From Bacteroidota bacterium (GTDB lineage Bacteria; Bacteroidota; Bacteroidia; Chitinophagales; Chitinophagaceae), in contig JAFAEM010000011.1 in the NCBI GenBank assembly GCA_023424015.1, forward strand, positions 1,140 through 65,139: a DNA stretch of 64,000 bases. Direction: 5' to 3'. Numbering within the stretch: the stretch's first letter is position 1; every line of letters starts with the position of its first letter. Below the pieces are notes generated by a model. It did not search any database. It worked only from the letters and a program-made list of their open reading frames with translations, and had not been told where the DNA came from. Made by a program: the position numbers and the translations under genes. Shown piece after piece: positions 29,214 to 38,051 of the stretch.

Positions 29214-30338
29214 TCAATAGTTCACAACCTGTTCCTCGATCGTCTCAGGAATTTCCCGCCATTCATATTGTTGGTTGCGAAGTTGTGGTTCAAACCCGGC
29301 TTCGCGGATCGCATCCTGGATGGTTTTGTAAGTAAAACGGTGAGGCGCGCCTGCTGCACTCACCACGTTTTCTTCGATCATGATCGATCCGAAATCATTG
29401 GCACCGCTATGCAGGCAAACCTGCGCGGTTTGTTTTCCAACCGTAAGCCAGGAGGCCTGGATGTTTTTTATATTGGGCAACATGATCCGGCTCAATGCGA
29501 TCATACGGATATATTCATCAGCGGTGGTGAGATTATGAACACCACGGATCTTCGCCAACAGGGTGTCTACATCCTGGAAGGTCCAGGGTATAAAGGCCAG
29601 GAATCCTTTCGCGTTCTCAGGTTTGCGACTTTGCACTTCCCTGATCTTTACCAGGTGTTCAAACCTTTCCGCTATGGTTTCCACATGACCAAACATCATA
29701 GTGGCCGACGTAGTGATATGAAGTTTATGAGCTTCATGCATGATATCAAGCCATTCCTGTGCGCCGCATTTTCCTTTCGAGATCAGGCGTCTTACCCTGT
29801 CAACGAGAATTTCTGCACCGGCGCCAGGCAGTGAATCCATACCGGCTTCCTTCAGGGCTGTCAACACTTCTCTATGTGTACTTTTTTCAAGCTTGGTAAT
29901 ATGTGCCACTTCGGGTGGACCGAGGGCATGCAGGCGGATATCAGGGAATTCATTCTTTATTTGACGGAATGTATCTACATAAAACTGAAGACCCAGTTCA
30001 GGATGATGACCACCCTGCAGGAGCAGCTGATCGCCGCCATATTTTAAAGTCTCTTCAATTTTTTTGCGATAGGTGAGCATATCAGTGATATATGCCTCAG
30101 GGTGACCTGGTATGCGATAGAAATTACAGAATTTACAATTTGCGATACAGACATTGGTAGTATTGACATTGCGGTCGATTTGCCAGGTTACTTTCCCATG
30201 CGGCACCTGCTTTTTTCGCAGTTCGTCAGCAACAAACATCAATTCGGCCAGCGGAGCGTGTTGATAGAGGTAAATGCCTTCTTCTATAGATAAAAATTCA
30301 AACTTTGCTGCACGTTCTAATAGGCTTTGTAGTTCCAT
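29214..30338 (-). CDS. mqnC: Cyclic dehypoxanthinyl futalosine synthase (radical SAM)
   Basis: DRNVNTTNVCIANCKFCNF (CxxxCxxC), LLQGGHHP, PGAGAEIL, ATMMFGHVE and GANDFGSIMIEENVVSAAG motifs. Confidence 0.9.
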   Translation of the reverse strand: MELQSLLERAAKFEFLSIEEGIYLYQHAPLAELMFVADELRKKQVPHGKVTWQIDRNVNTTNVCIANCKFCNFYRIPGHPEAYITDMLTYRKKIEETLKYGGDQLLLQGGHHPELGLQFYVDTFRQIKNEFPDIRLHALGPPEVAHITKLEKSTHREVLTALKEAGMDSLPGAGAEILVDRVRRLISKGKCGAQEWLDIMHEAHKLHITTSATMMFGHVETIAERFEHLVKIREVQSRKPENAKGFLAFIPWTFQDVDTLLAKIRGVHNLTTADEYIRMIALSRIMLPNIKNIQASWLTVGKQTAQVCLHSGANDFGSIMIEENVVSAAGAPHRFTYKTIQDAIREAGFEPQLRNQQYEWREIPETIEEQVVNY

Positions 30339-30542
30339 TATCTGGTGTTTTCATGTTGAGATAGCCAGCCAACCGGGCATTCAAGCGAAAATACAACCGA
30401 ATAGCAACAAAACAGATGAATGGTTTTGAATTGGGCGGCCAAACAAGTAAATTTAGTAATATATGATCCTGGTTTGCGTCAATTTCAACGATTTTGTTGT
30501 CTTTACCGGTCATTCAAATAAGAAACAGTTCGTTCTATCCAT

Positions 30543-31736
30543 ATGAAAAAGAAGAAACTGCCGCTGTTGTTGACTTTCCTGTTATCGACCTCCATTTTGA
30601 AGGCGCAGGAAGAGTTCATTGAACCTGTTTCTCGCCTACTTACCACCATTTCTTTCACCCAGCTCACCGGTGGGGTGGTCATACTAAAAGCCCAGTTGGA
30701 TGATTTTCCCGATACCCTCAATTTCATCCTGGATAGCGGCAGTAGTGGTATTTCGCTGGATTCATCGACGGTCGCCTATTTTAAATTGGTACCCGAAGAG
30801 TCGGACCGGACGATTCGCGGCATTGCAGGAATAAGAAAAGTTGGTTTTTTGTACAATCGTAAACTAAAGTTTCCCAATCTTACCGTTGACAGTCTCAATT
30901 TTCACGTCAATGATTATTCGGTACTCACCAGTGTGTATGGTGAACAGGTGGATGGCATCATCGGGTATTCCCTGCTTAGCCGTTATATCATCAAGATCAA
31001 TTACGATAGCTTGAAAATTGACATTTGCAGTAAGGGTACGCTGCGCTATCCAAAGGGAGGTTTTCTTTTTCGGCCTATCCTTAGCACGCTGCCGGTGCAA
31101 ACGGCCAGGATAAAAGATGAAACAGAACACAGGGCCCGGTTCCTGCATGATATTGGAGCCGGCGTATGCCTGATGTTATCGGAGGATTTTGTATACGACA
31201 GTATGTTATTACGAAAAAAAAGAAAGCTTTGGCCAAAGGACGGGGAAGGCATTGGTGGAAAAATTACGATGAATCTCACCGTCATCAAAGAGCTAAAACT
31301 GGGGCCTTACAAATTCCGAAATGTTCCTACTTATATTTTCGATGACGCGTACAATGTTACCTCTTATCCCTACCTGGGAGGGCTGATCGGCAATGATATT
31401 CTGCGCCGTTTCAATGTCATATTCAATTATCCCAAAAGGGATATTCACATGATACCCAACTCACATTACCGAGATCCCTTCGATTATTCATACACGGGGA
31501 TAGAGTTGTACCTGATCAATGGTCAGATCGAGCTGGGCACGGTTGCCAAAGGTTCACCGGCAGAAGAAGCCGGGTTGATGGAGGGCGATGTGGTTGTTGG
31601 GGTCAACGGCGATTTTACACAGAATTTTCAGCGGTATAAAAACCTGCTCCTTTCAGCCAATACCAAAGTTAAACTCATCATTCGCCGCCAGGGCGAGTTG
31701 ATTCAGACTGATCTGAAAGTGAAAAGCATTTTCTGA
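30543..31736 (+). CDS. Aspartyl protease family protein with C-terminal PDZ domain
   Basis: FILDSGS and FLHDIGA retropepsin-like lobes, GIIGY/GLIGND motifs and a GSPAEEAGL PDZ signature. Confidence 0.88.
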   Translation: MKKKKLPLLLTFLLSTSILKAQEEFIEPVSRLLTTISFTQLTGGVVILKAQLDDFPDTLNFILDSGSSGISLDSSTVAYFKLVPEESDRTIRGIAGIRKVGFLYNRKLKFPNLTVDSLNFHVNDYSVLTSVYGEQVDGIIGYSLLSRYIIKINYDSLKIDICSKGTLRYPKGGFLFRPILSTLPVQTARIKDETEHRARFLHDIGAGVCLMLSEDFVYDSMLLRKKRKLWPKDGEGIGGKITMNLTVIKELKLGPYKFRNVPTYIFDDAYNVTSYPYLGGLIGNDILRRFNVIFNYPKRDIHMIPNSHYRDPFDYSYTGIELYLINGQIELGTVAKGSPAEEAGLMEGDVVVGVNGDFTQNFQRYKNLLLSANTKVKLIIRRQGELIQTDLKVKSIF

Positions 31737-31856
31737 TAATGCTGGCTCACATGTGGCACTTTATCACTCCCGCACCGAATCTCCCTATAGTTTGATAAAT
31801 TTGACGCCTGCCTTGCAGGAAATAAACTTTACATTTCTATTTCTGTTACATAATCT

Positions 31857-33095
31857 ATGATACATTTCGAAAGATTCACATTATCCAACGGGCTGCGGGT
31901 GATCGTACACCAGGATCTGTCAACTCCTATGGCTGTAATGGATATCATGTACGATGTTGGCGCACGTGACGAGAATCCGGATCGTACCGGATTTGCTCAT
32001 TTGTTTGAACACCTGATGTTTGGAGGTTCGGTGAATATTCCGAGTTATGACGAGCCCCTTCAAATGGCCGGTGGGGAAAACAATGCCTATACTACCAACG
32101 ACCTTACCAATTATTATTTGCAGATACCCGTGGAAAATCTCGAGACTGCTTTCTGGCTGGAAAGTGATCGTATGTTATCGCTGGCATTTGCAGAAAAAAG
32201 CCTGGAGGTTCAAAGGAAAGTGGTGATCGAGGAATTTAAAGAACATTATCTCAACAAACCTTATGGAGATGCCTGGCATAAGTTGCGGGAGCTGGCCTAT
32301 AAAAAACATCCCTATCGCTGGATGACGATCGGGAAAGAGCTTTCACATATTGAAACTGCACAACTCGAAGAAGTAAAAAAATTTTTCTTTAAATATTACC
32401 GGCCAGTTAATGCCATCTTGGTGGTTGCCGGAAATGTGACCGTCGGGAAGGTAAAGGAACTGGCAGAAAAATGGTTTTCGGATATCCCTGCAGGTGAAAA
32501 GTATGTGCGAAATCTTCCCCAGGAACCCGAGCAACAGGAGGCCCGCCGGCTTGAAGTAAAAGGGGCTGTACCTATTGATGCATTTTATAAATGCTGGCAT
32601 ATATCATCACGCCTCGATAAGCGATATTATATCGCTGATCTTATCTCGGAAATCCTGAGCGGGGGTGGTTCATCAAGGCTATACCAGTCGCTGGTGAAAG
32701 ACAGGCAGGTATTCAGCCATATAGAATGTCATCATTTTGGAAGTACAGATAACGGGTTGCTGGCTGTTGAGGGAAAGCTGGTGAAAGGTGTGAAAATAAA
32801 CGATGCTGAAAACGCGGTGCAGGAAGTATTGGAGCGGATGAAACAGGAACCTGTATCGGAAACAGAGTTGCAGAAAGTAAAGAATAAGACAGAGAGTATG
32901 ATCGCATTTGAAGACATGAGCCTGATGAACCGTGCCAATAGCCTTGCCTACTATGAACTGTTGGGGGATGCTGCACTGATCGATACTGAGCTTGATAAAT
33001 ACTCGTCAGTCACTGTACAGGATATCCAGCAGGAAAGCCAGCGGATATTCAGGAATGAAAACAGTAATACGCTGTATTACCTCGCAGATCATTAA
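31857..33095 (+). CDS. M16 family zinc peptidase (active subunit)
   Basis: HLFEH (HxxEH), NAYTT and LESDRM motifs. Confidence 0.93.
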   Translation: MIHFERFTLSNGLRVIVHQDLSTPMAVMDIMYDVGARDENPDRTGFAHLFEHLMFGGSVNIPSYDEPLQMAGGENNAYTTNDLTNYYLQIPVENLETAFWLESDRMLSLAFAEKSLEVQRKVVIEEFKEHYLNKPYGDAWHKLRELAYKKHPYRWMTIGKELSHIETAQLEEVKKFFFKYYRPVNAILVVAGNVTVGKVKELAEKWFSDIPAGEKYVRNLPQEPEQQEARRLEVKGAVPIDAFYKCWHISSRLDKRYYIADLISEILSGGGSSRLYQSLVKDRQVFSHIECHHFGSTDNGLLAVEGKLVKGVKINDAENAVQEVLERMKQEPVSETELQKVKNKTESMIAFEDMSLMNRANSLAYYELLGDAALIDTELDKYSSVTVQDIQQESQRIFRNENSNTLYYLADH

Positions 33096-33114
33096 TTCAA
33101 TTGAAAACAAACTG

Positions 33115-34389
33115 ATGGCAGAAAGGAATATTGCACCGGAGATTGTGGATGCGGTTAAGTTTAACCTGCAGCTAAAGCCTTATAATAAATTTATACTCAA
33201 TAATGGTGTGGAAGTTTACACGGTAGAAGCCGGCGCTGAGGATGTGATGTCGCTGGAATGGGTATACTATGCCGGCAACTGGTATGAAGACCAGAACCTG
33301 GTGGCAGCGACGACCAACCTCCTTTTAAAAAATGGCACTTCAAAAAAAACTGCCTTCCAGCTCAATGAGCATTTCGAATATTATGGATCCTATCTTAACA
33401 GGAGCTGTCATAGTGAAACCGCTACGCTCACCCTGCATACCCTCACCCGGCATATACATGAATTGTTACCGGTGGTTAGGGAAATATTGACCGATTCTGT
33501 TTTCCCGGAAGAGGAACTCACGATCGCCCGACAGAATATGAAGCAAAGACTACGGGTGAATCTGAAGAAAAGCGATTTCGTTGCAGGACGCCTGATCGAT
33601 GTATATCTCTACGGCGAAAATCATCCTTATGGACGTTATAGTCGTGAAGAGGATTTTGATGCCCTGACACGAAAACAGTTACAGGACTTTTACAAAACTT
33701 ATTACCAGGAAGGAAAACTGGTCATATTTGCAGCGGGGCGTTTGCCTGCTAACCTCGAAACACTGCTCAATGAAAATTTCGGCGACCTTCCCAACCGTGT
33801 CATTGCAGACAAGACTTTTTCGGTTGATAAAGCAGGAGAGAAAAAATACAGGGTATCAAATGACCCCGACGGCGTGCAGGGATCTATCCGGATGGCCCGT
33901 CCTTTCATAAGCCGGCATCACCCGGATTTTACAAAAGCCCAGGTTTTAAATACTTTACTCGGAGGTTTTTTCGGATCAAGACTGATGAATAATATTCGTG
34001 AGGACAAAGGGTATACTTATGGCATTCATAGTTATTTCCAAAATCACCTGCATGATTCAGCATGGATGATCAGTACCGAAGCTGGTAAAGACGTATGCGA
34101 GGCCGCCATCGAAGAAGTATATAAAGAAATGAAGATCCTGAGAGAGGAACCGGTGGGTGAAGAGGAATTGTTATTGGTAAAGAATTTTCTCATTGGCACG
34201 GTGCTGGGTGACCTCGACGGCCCTTTTCATATTATTGCACGATGGAAGAATATCATAATGAACAAACTCCCGCTTGATCATTTCGATAAGTCCGTACAAG
34301 CTATCAAGCAGGTGAGCTCGCAGGAGTTGCAGGGGCTCGCTAATAAATACCTGACGGATGAGGAGTTTTATGAACTGGTCGTTGTTTAA
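33115..34389 (+). CDS. M16 family peptidase-like partner subunit
   Basis: LGGFFGSRLMNNIREDKGYTYGI motif. Lacks HxxEH. Start at ATG 33115. Confidence 0.9.
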   Translation: MAERNIAPEIVDAVKFNLQLKPYNKFILNNGVEVYTVEAGAEDVMSLEWVYYAGNWYEDQNLVAATTNLLLKNGTSKKTAFQLNEHFEYYGSYLNRSCHSETATLTLHTLTRHIHELLPVVREILTDSVFPEEELTIARQNMKQRLRVNLKKSDFVAGRLIDVYLYGENHPYGRYSREEDFDALTRKQLQDFYKTYYQEGKLVIFAAGRLPANLETLLNENFGDLPNRVIADKTFSVDKAGEKKYRVSNDPDGVQGSIRMARPFISRHHPDFTKAQVLNTLLGGFFGSRLMNNIREDKGYTYGIHSYFQNHLHDSAWMISTEAGKDVCEAAIEEVYKEMKILREEPVGEEELLLVKNFLIGTVLGDLDGPFHIIARWKNIIMNKLPLDHFDKSVQAIKQVSSQELQGLANKYLTDEEFYELVVV

Positions 34390-34428
34390 AAAAGTAATTG
34401 GGAGCTGATAGCTATCGGGTTTGTAATA

Positions 34429-34671
34429 ATTGTTGTCCGGAATAAAATTTTGGATTGTTTTCAAAACCTTTGACCCGCCGTGCCCTTCGTGCCCTTCGTG
34501 ACCAAAAGCAGGACACGGAGTACACAGAGGAGTTCACGGAGAAAATAATGCAAGTCGCTCGGCTTCTATGACTTTTTACCTTTACGGCAGATTTTAACAC
34601 ATATACGCCATTCGCTATACTCGCCGTGCCCGACATGGTTTATAATATAGCAGCGTTCCCCGGACAATAGT
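34429..34671 (-). mobile_element. Element family A, copy 3 (243 bp, inverted)
   Basis: The reverse complement begins ACTATTGTCCGGGGAACGCTG...AAACCATGTCGGGCACGGCGAG and ends GGGTCAAAGGTTTTGAAAACAATCCAAAATTTTATTCCGGACAACAAT, matching both ends of 1876-2128. Confidence 0.75.
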
Positions 34672-34746
34672 GATTTGTAATTAGGAATTGGGTCATCTAT
34701 TCATAGTTCCCTATTTGCTATTCGGCTAACTAATTCAAAATTCCCC

Positions 34747-35769
34747 TTACGGAATCCGCTCCAGTATCGGCTCGAGTTTTCTTTTAAGTTTATTTCCAGG
34801 TGTAAAGCGTTTGACCAGGGTAATTCGGAAATCACCGGTTTTGATCCCGTATTCGTGATCAGATGAGCGACCCTTGGCATTGGTGGAGTTGTGCAGCCAG
34901 GAGATGGCGGCGGCCCATTCATTACTGTTGTACCCCGCTACCGCACGCAGTGTTGCATTGGGGCTTATGGAAGTTCGGTGTGCAGAACCTGTTGGCGTTT
35001 CTTCCTTTACGATGCTGAGATCCGCATTGATGGTAGCGCTGCCTGTAAGAAAAAAATGTTCTTCCCAAACGGCCGTGTACGCATAACCTGCACCAGGTCC
35101 GAACTCCAACAACCTTACCCGGTCGATGCCCTGCTGGGGATAAAAGGCATTCAGGTGGGAAGGTACCAGGGCACTATCCCCCTTTGTAGTGCCATAATAT
35201 ATTTCAGCGCCGATCAGGGCTGAACCGGCCGATTGTTTTTGCCATTCATTCTGGATAAATGAAGCCCGGTAGGAAAATTTTTCACCGTTCAACAAACGAT
35301 AAACTGAAGCACCCAGCAGGTTTACTTTCAGATCCGGCCGCAAATAATAATTCTTATCAGCTGTACCGGCAGGTCCGCCGAGTGACAAATAGTAGCCTTT
35401 GAAAAACTGAGCATAGATATCCGTTACCCAGTCGCGGGTATAAATATGTGTCTGAAAGTCGAAAGAACGGGTTCGCCCTTTTTTGTCCTTATTTGGGTTT
35501 AAAAAACCAAAACCATAGCCTAAGCTCATTGAGAGCGCTTTGTAGCTACCACTGACACCCATGGTGGTAAGGGTGTTGGGGCGGTACCGGAGCGACTGGA
35601 TCCCCTCCGGAGCTTTCATGATCAGGGAAGTGTATTTTTTGGCAAGGTATAGTTTGAGTGTAAGTTGTTCTTCAAACGTCACGTAGTAATCATTGTCACC
35701 CTGACTTTGGGCTAGCAGGGTTTTCGCGGATATTGCCAGGGCGCAAACAAATAAGAGGGTTTTTCGCAT
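34747..35769 (-). CDS. DUF4421-like outer-membrane protein
   Basis: Signal peptide, YRPN, NGEKFSYRASFIQNEWQKQSAGS and GPGAGYAYT motifs. Confidence 0.8.
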   Translation of the reverse strand: MRKTLLFVCALAISAKTLLAQSQGDNDYYVTFEEQLTLKLYLAKKYTSLIMKAPEGIQSLRYRPNTLTTMGVSGSYKALSMSLGYGFGFLNPNKDKKGRTRSFDFQTHIYTRDWVTDIYAQFFKGYYLSLGGPAGTADKNYYLRPDLKVNLLGASVYRLLNGEKFSYRASFIQNEWQKQSAGSALIGAEIYYGTTKGDSALVPSHLNAFYPQQGIDRVRLLEFGPGAGYAYTAVWEEHFFLTGSATINADLSIVKEETPTGSAHRTSISPNATLRAVAGYNSNEWAAAISWLHNSTNAKGRSSDHEYGIKTGDFRITLVKRFTPGNKLKRKLEPILERIP

Positions 35770-35844
35770 GGTCGAAAATAACCAAATTATTTAGTCTGTG
35801 AATTGGAGTTGGCAAGCCCGGTTGGGGTGTAGTGAAATTTATCC

Positions 35845-35880
35845 ACTCCCGACTCCTGACTCCCGACTATCGCCCGACTG
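35845..35880. repeat. 7-bp periodic GACTCCC/GACTCCT repeat
   Basis: ACTCCCCGACTCCTGACTCCCGACTATCGCCCGACT. Same family as 61681-61727 and 62548-62617. Confidence 0.65.
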
Positions 35881-35919
35881 CTTCTTGGTAGTTAAGAGCT
35901 AATCATTGAAATTCGCACT

Positions 35920-37944
35920 ATGGCCTTCGACAGAAAGAATTTATCCAACGAGCAGCTGATCCATTTTTATCGTAGTCTACTGTATCCCCGGTTGATCGAG
36001 GAAAAAATGTTGATCCTGTTGCGCCAGGGTAAGATCTCCAAATGGTTTAGTGGCATCGGCCAGGAGGCTATTGCTGTCGGCGCTACGCTGGCCCTCGAAA
36101 AAGATGAATGGGTAATGCCGCTTCACCGCAACCTGGGTGTGTTTACCACACGTGAAATGCCGCTGCATAAATTGTTCATGCAATGGCAGGGTGCACAGGA
36201 GGGATATAGCAAGGGCCGTGAAAGAAGTTTTCATTTTGGCAGCCGCGAACATCATATCTGTGGGATGATCTCGCACCTCGGTCCGCAACTGGCAATCGCC
36301 GACGGTGTATCGCTGGCACATAAACTCAACCAGGATAGAAAAGGAAACCCTTTGAAAATCTCACTTGCCCTGACGGGTGAAGGCGGCACCAGCGAAGGTG
36401 ATTTTCATGAAGCATTGAATGTGGCGGCAGTCTGGGACCTGCCGGTTATTTTTTTGATAGAGAATAACGGTTATGGACTGAGTACACCCACAACAGAACA
36501 ATACCGCTGTATCAGCCTCGTAGATAAGGCAAAAGGATATGGTATGGAGGGCGTGCAGATCGATGGTAATGATATTCTGAAGGTGTACGATACGATCAAA
36601 GGTGTGAGAGAATACTGTATTCGCCATCAAAAACCCTATCTCATAGAAGCGATGACCTTCAGGATGAGAGGCCATGAGGAAGCCAGCGGGACCAAGTATG
36701 TACCAAAGCATTTGTTTGAGCTATGGGAGAAAAAGGATCCGGTTAAGAACTACGAGGACTTCCTGGTACAACAACAGGTGCTTTCGGAACAGGATCTTGA
36801 AAATATCAGGAATGAATACCGAAAAAAAATTGAGGACGAACTGGCTGTAGGCTTTGACACAAACCCTATTCAGGTAAATACCGAAGATGAATTGGATGAT
36901 GTATATGCGGCAAAGCCAAATAGTAACGGCACGCGGGTCATTGATAATTCATCCAGTAAGTATGTTGACCATACGTCATCCCCTGAACTCCGACTGATAG
37001 ATGCTATAAAACAGGGGTTGCATCAAAGCATGGAGCGTCATGCCAACCTGGTATTGATGGGACAGGATATTGCCGAATACGGCGGTGCATTTAAGATCAC
37101 AGAAGGGTTTGTCAATGATTTTGGCAAGTCAAGGGTTCGTAATACGCCTATTTGCGAAAGTGTTATTGTAGGTGCGGCACTTGGACTTTCGCTCGAAGGA
37201 TATAAGAGCATGATGGAAATGCAGTTTGCTGATTTTGTTTCGGTCGGGTTCAACCAGATCGTGAATAACCTCGCTAAAATTCACTATCGCTGGGGACAAA
37301 ATGCCGATGTAGTGATCCGGATGCCGACAGGCGCCGGAGTTGGTGCGGGGCCATTCCATAGTCAAAGTAATGAAGCCTGGTTTGTACATACACCCGGTTT
37401 GAAGGTGGTGTATCCTTCTACTCCCATGGATGCAAAAGGATTGCTGATTGCAGCGATCAATGATCCCAACCCGGTTATGTATTTCGAGCATAAAGCTCTG
37501 TATCGGAGTGTAAGCGGAGCTGTGCCGGAAGACTATTATGAAATAGAAATTGGCAAGGCCAGGCATGTAAGGGATGGTGATGAAGTGGGCATCATTACCT
37601 ATGGTAGTGGTGTACACTGGGCAGAGGACTATGCTGCAGAGCATCCTGAAATTTCCATCGATATTGTCGACCTCAGGACCTTATTACCCCTTGATTATAT
37701 GGCCATCCGTGATGCTGTAAAAAGAACCGGTCGCGTTTTAATATTGCATGAAGACACCCTCACCGGTGGCATTGGTGGCGAGATCGCTGCCTGGATCGCA
37801 GAAAACTGCTTTGATCTGCTCGACGCACCTGTGATGCGATGCGCTTCACTGGACTCACCGATACCTTTCAATGTTGAGCTGGAGCAAAATTTCCTGGCAA
37901 AGTCCAGGCTGGATGAATGCGTCACTAAACTGGTGAATTACTAG
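35920..37944 (+). CDS. Fused alpha/beta E1 component of a (branched-chain) 2-oxoacid dehydrogenase
   Basis: TPP motif GEGGTSEGDFHE...ENN, FRMRGHEE, and beta-subunit motifs RVRNTPICES, MQFADF and GPFHSQS. Confidence 0.92.
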   Translation: MAFDRKNLSNEQLIHFYRSLLYPRLIEEKMLILLRQGKISKWFSGIGQEAIAVGATLALEKDEWVMPLHRNLGVFTTREMPLHKLFMQWQGAQEGYSKGRERSFHFGSREHHICGMISHLGPQLAIADGVSLAHKLNQDRKGNPLKISLALTGEGGTSEGDFHEALNVAAVWDLPVIFLIENNGYGLSTPTTEQYRCISLVDKAKGYGMEGVQIDGNDILKVYDTIKGVREYCIRHQKPYLIEAMTFRMRGHEEASGTKYVPKHLFELWEKKDPVKNYEDFLVQQQVLSEQDLENIRNEYRKKIEDELAVGFDTNPIQVNTEDELDDVYAAKPNSNGTRVIDNSSSKYVDHTSSPELRLIDAIKQGLHQSMERHANLVLMGQDIAEYGGAFKITEGFVNDFGKSRVRNTPICESVIVGAALGLSLEGYKSMMEMQFADFVSVGFNQIVNNLAKIHYRWGQNADVVIRMPTGAGVGAGPFHSQSNEAWFVHTPGLKVVYPSTPMDAKGLLIAAINDPNPVMYFEHKALYRSVSGAVPEDYYEIEIGKARHVRDGDEVGIITYGSGVHWAEDYAAEHPEISIDIVDLRTLLPLDYMAIRDAVKRTGRVLILHEDTLTGGIGGEIAAWIAENCFDLLDAPVMRCASLDSPIPFNVELEQNFLAKSRLDECVTKLVNY

Positions 37945-38051
37945 TAAACCGGCCTGATTTTACAATTGCCAACCGGGAAACAGGGATTACCAATTCTGTT
38001 AATATTATCCTGTACTTTATCGATAGCTTTCTTTTAAAAAAAGTAAAGCGC

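Noticed and set aside
32992..34389. Second M16 gene as a pseudogene because it lacks HxxEH
   Set aside because: The ORF is intact, and active/inactive M16B pairs are a known heterodimer arrangement. The track's upstream TTG start overlapping the first gene is also unlikely.
34412..34922. ORFs 34412-34636 and 34701-34922
   Set aside because: The first lies within element A copy 3. The second is an out-of-frame overlap of the DUF4421-like gene.
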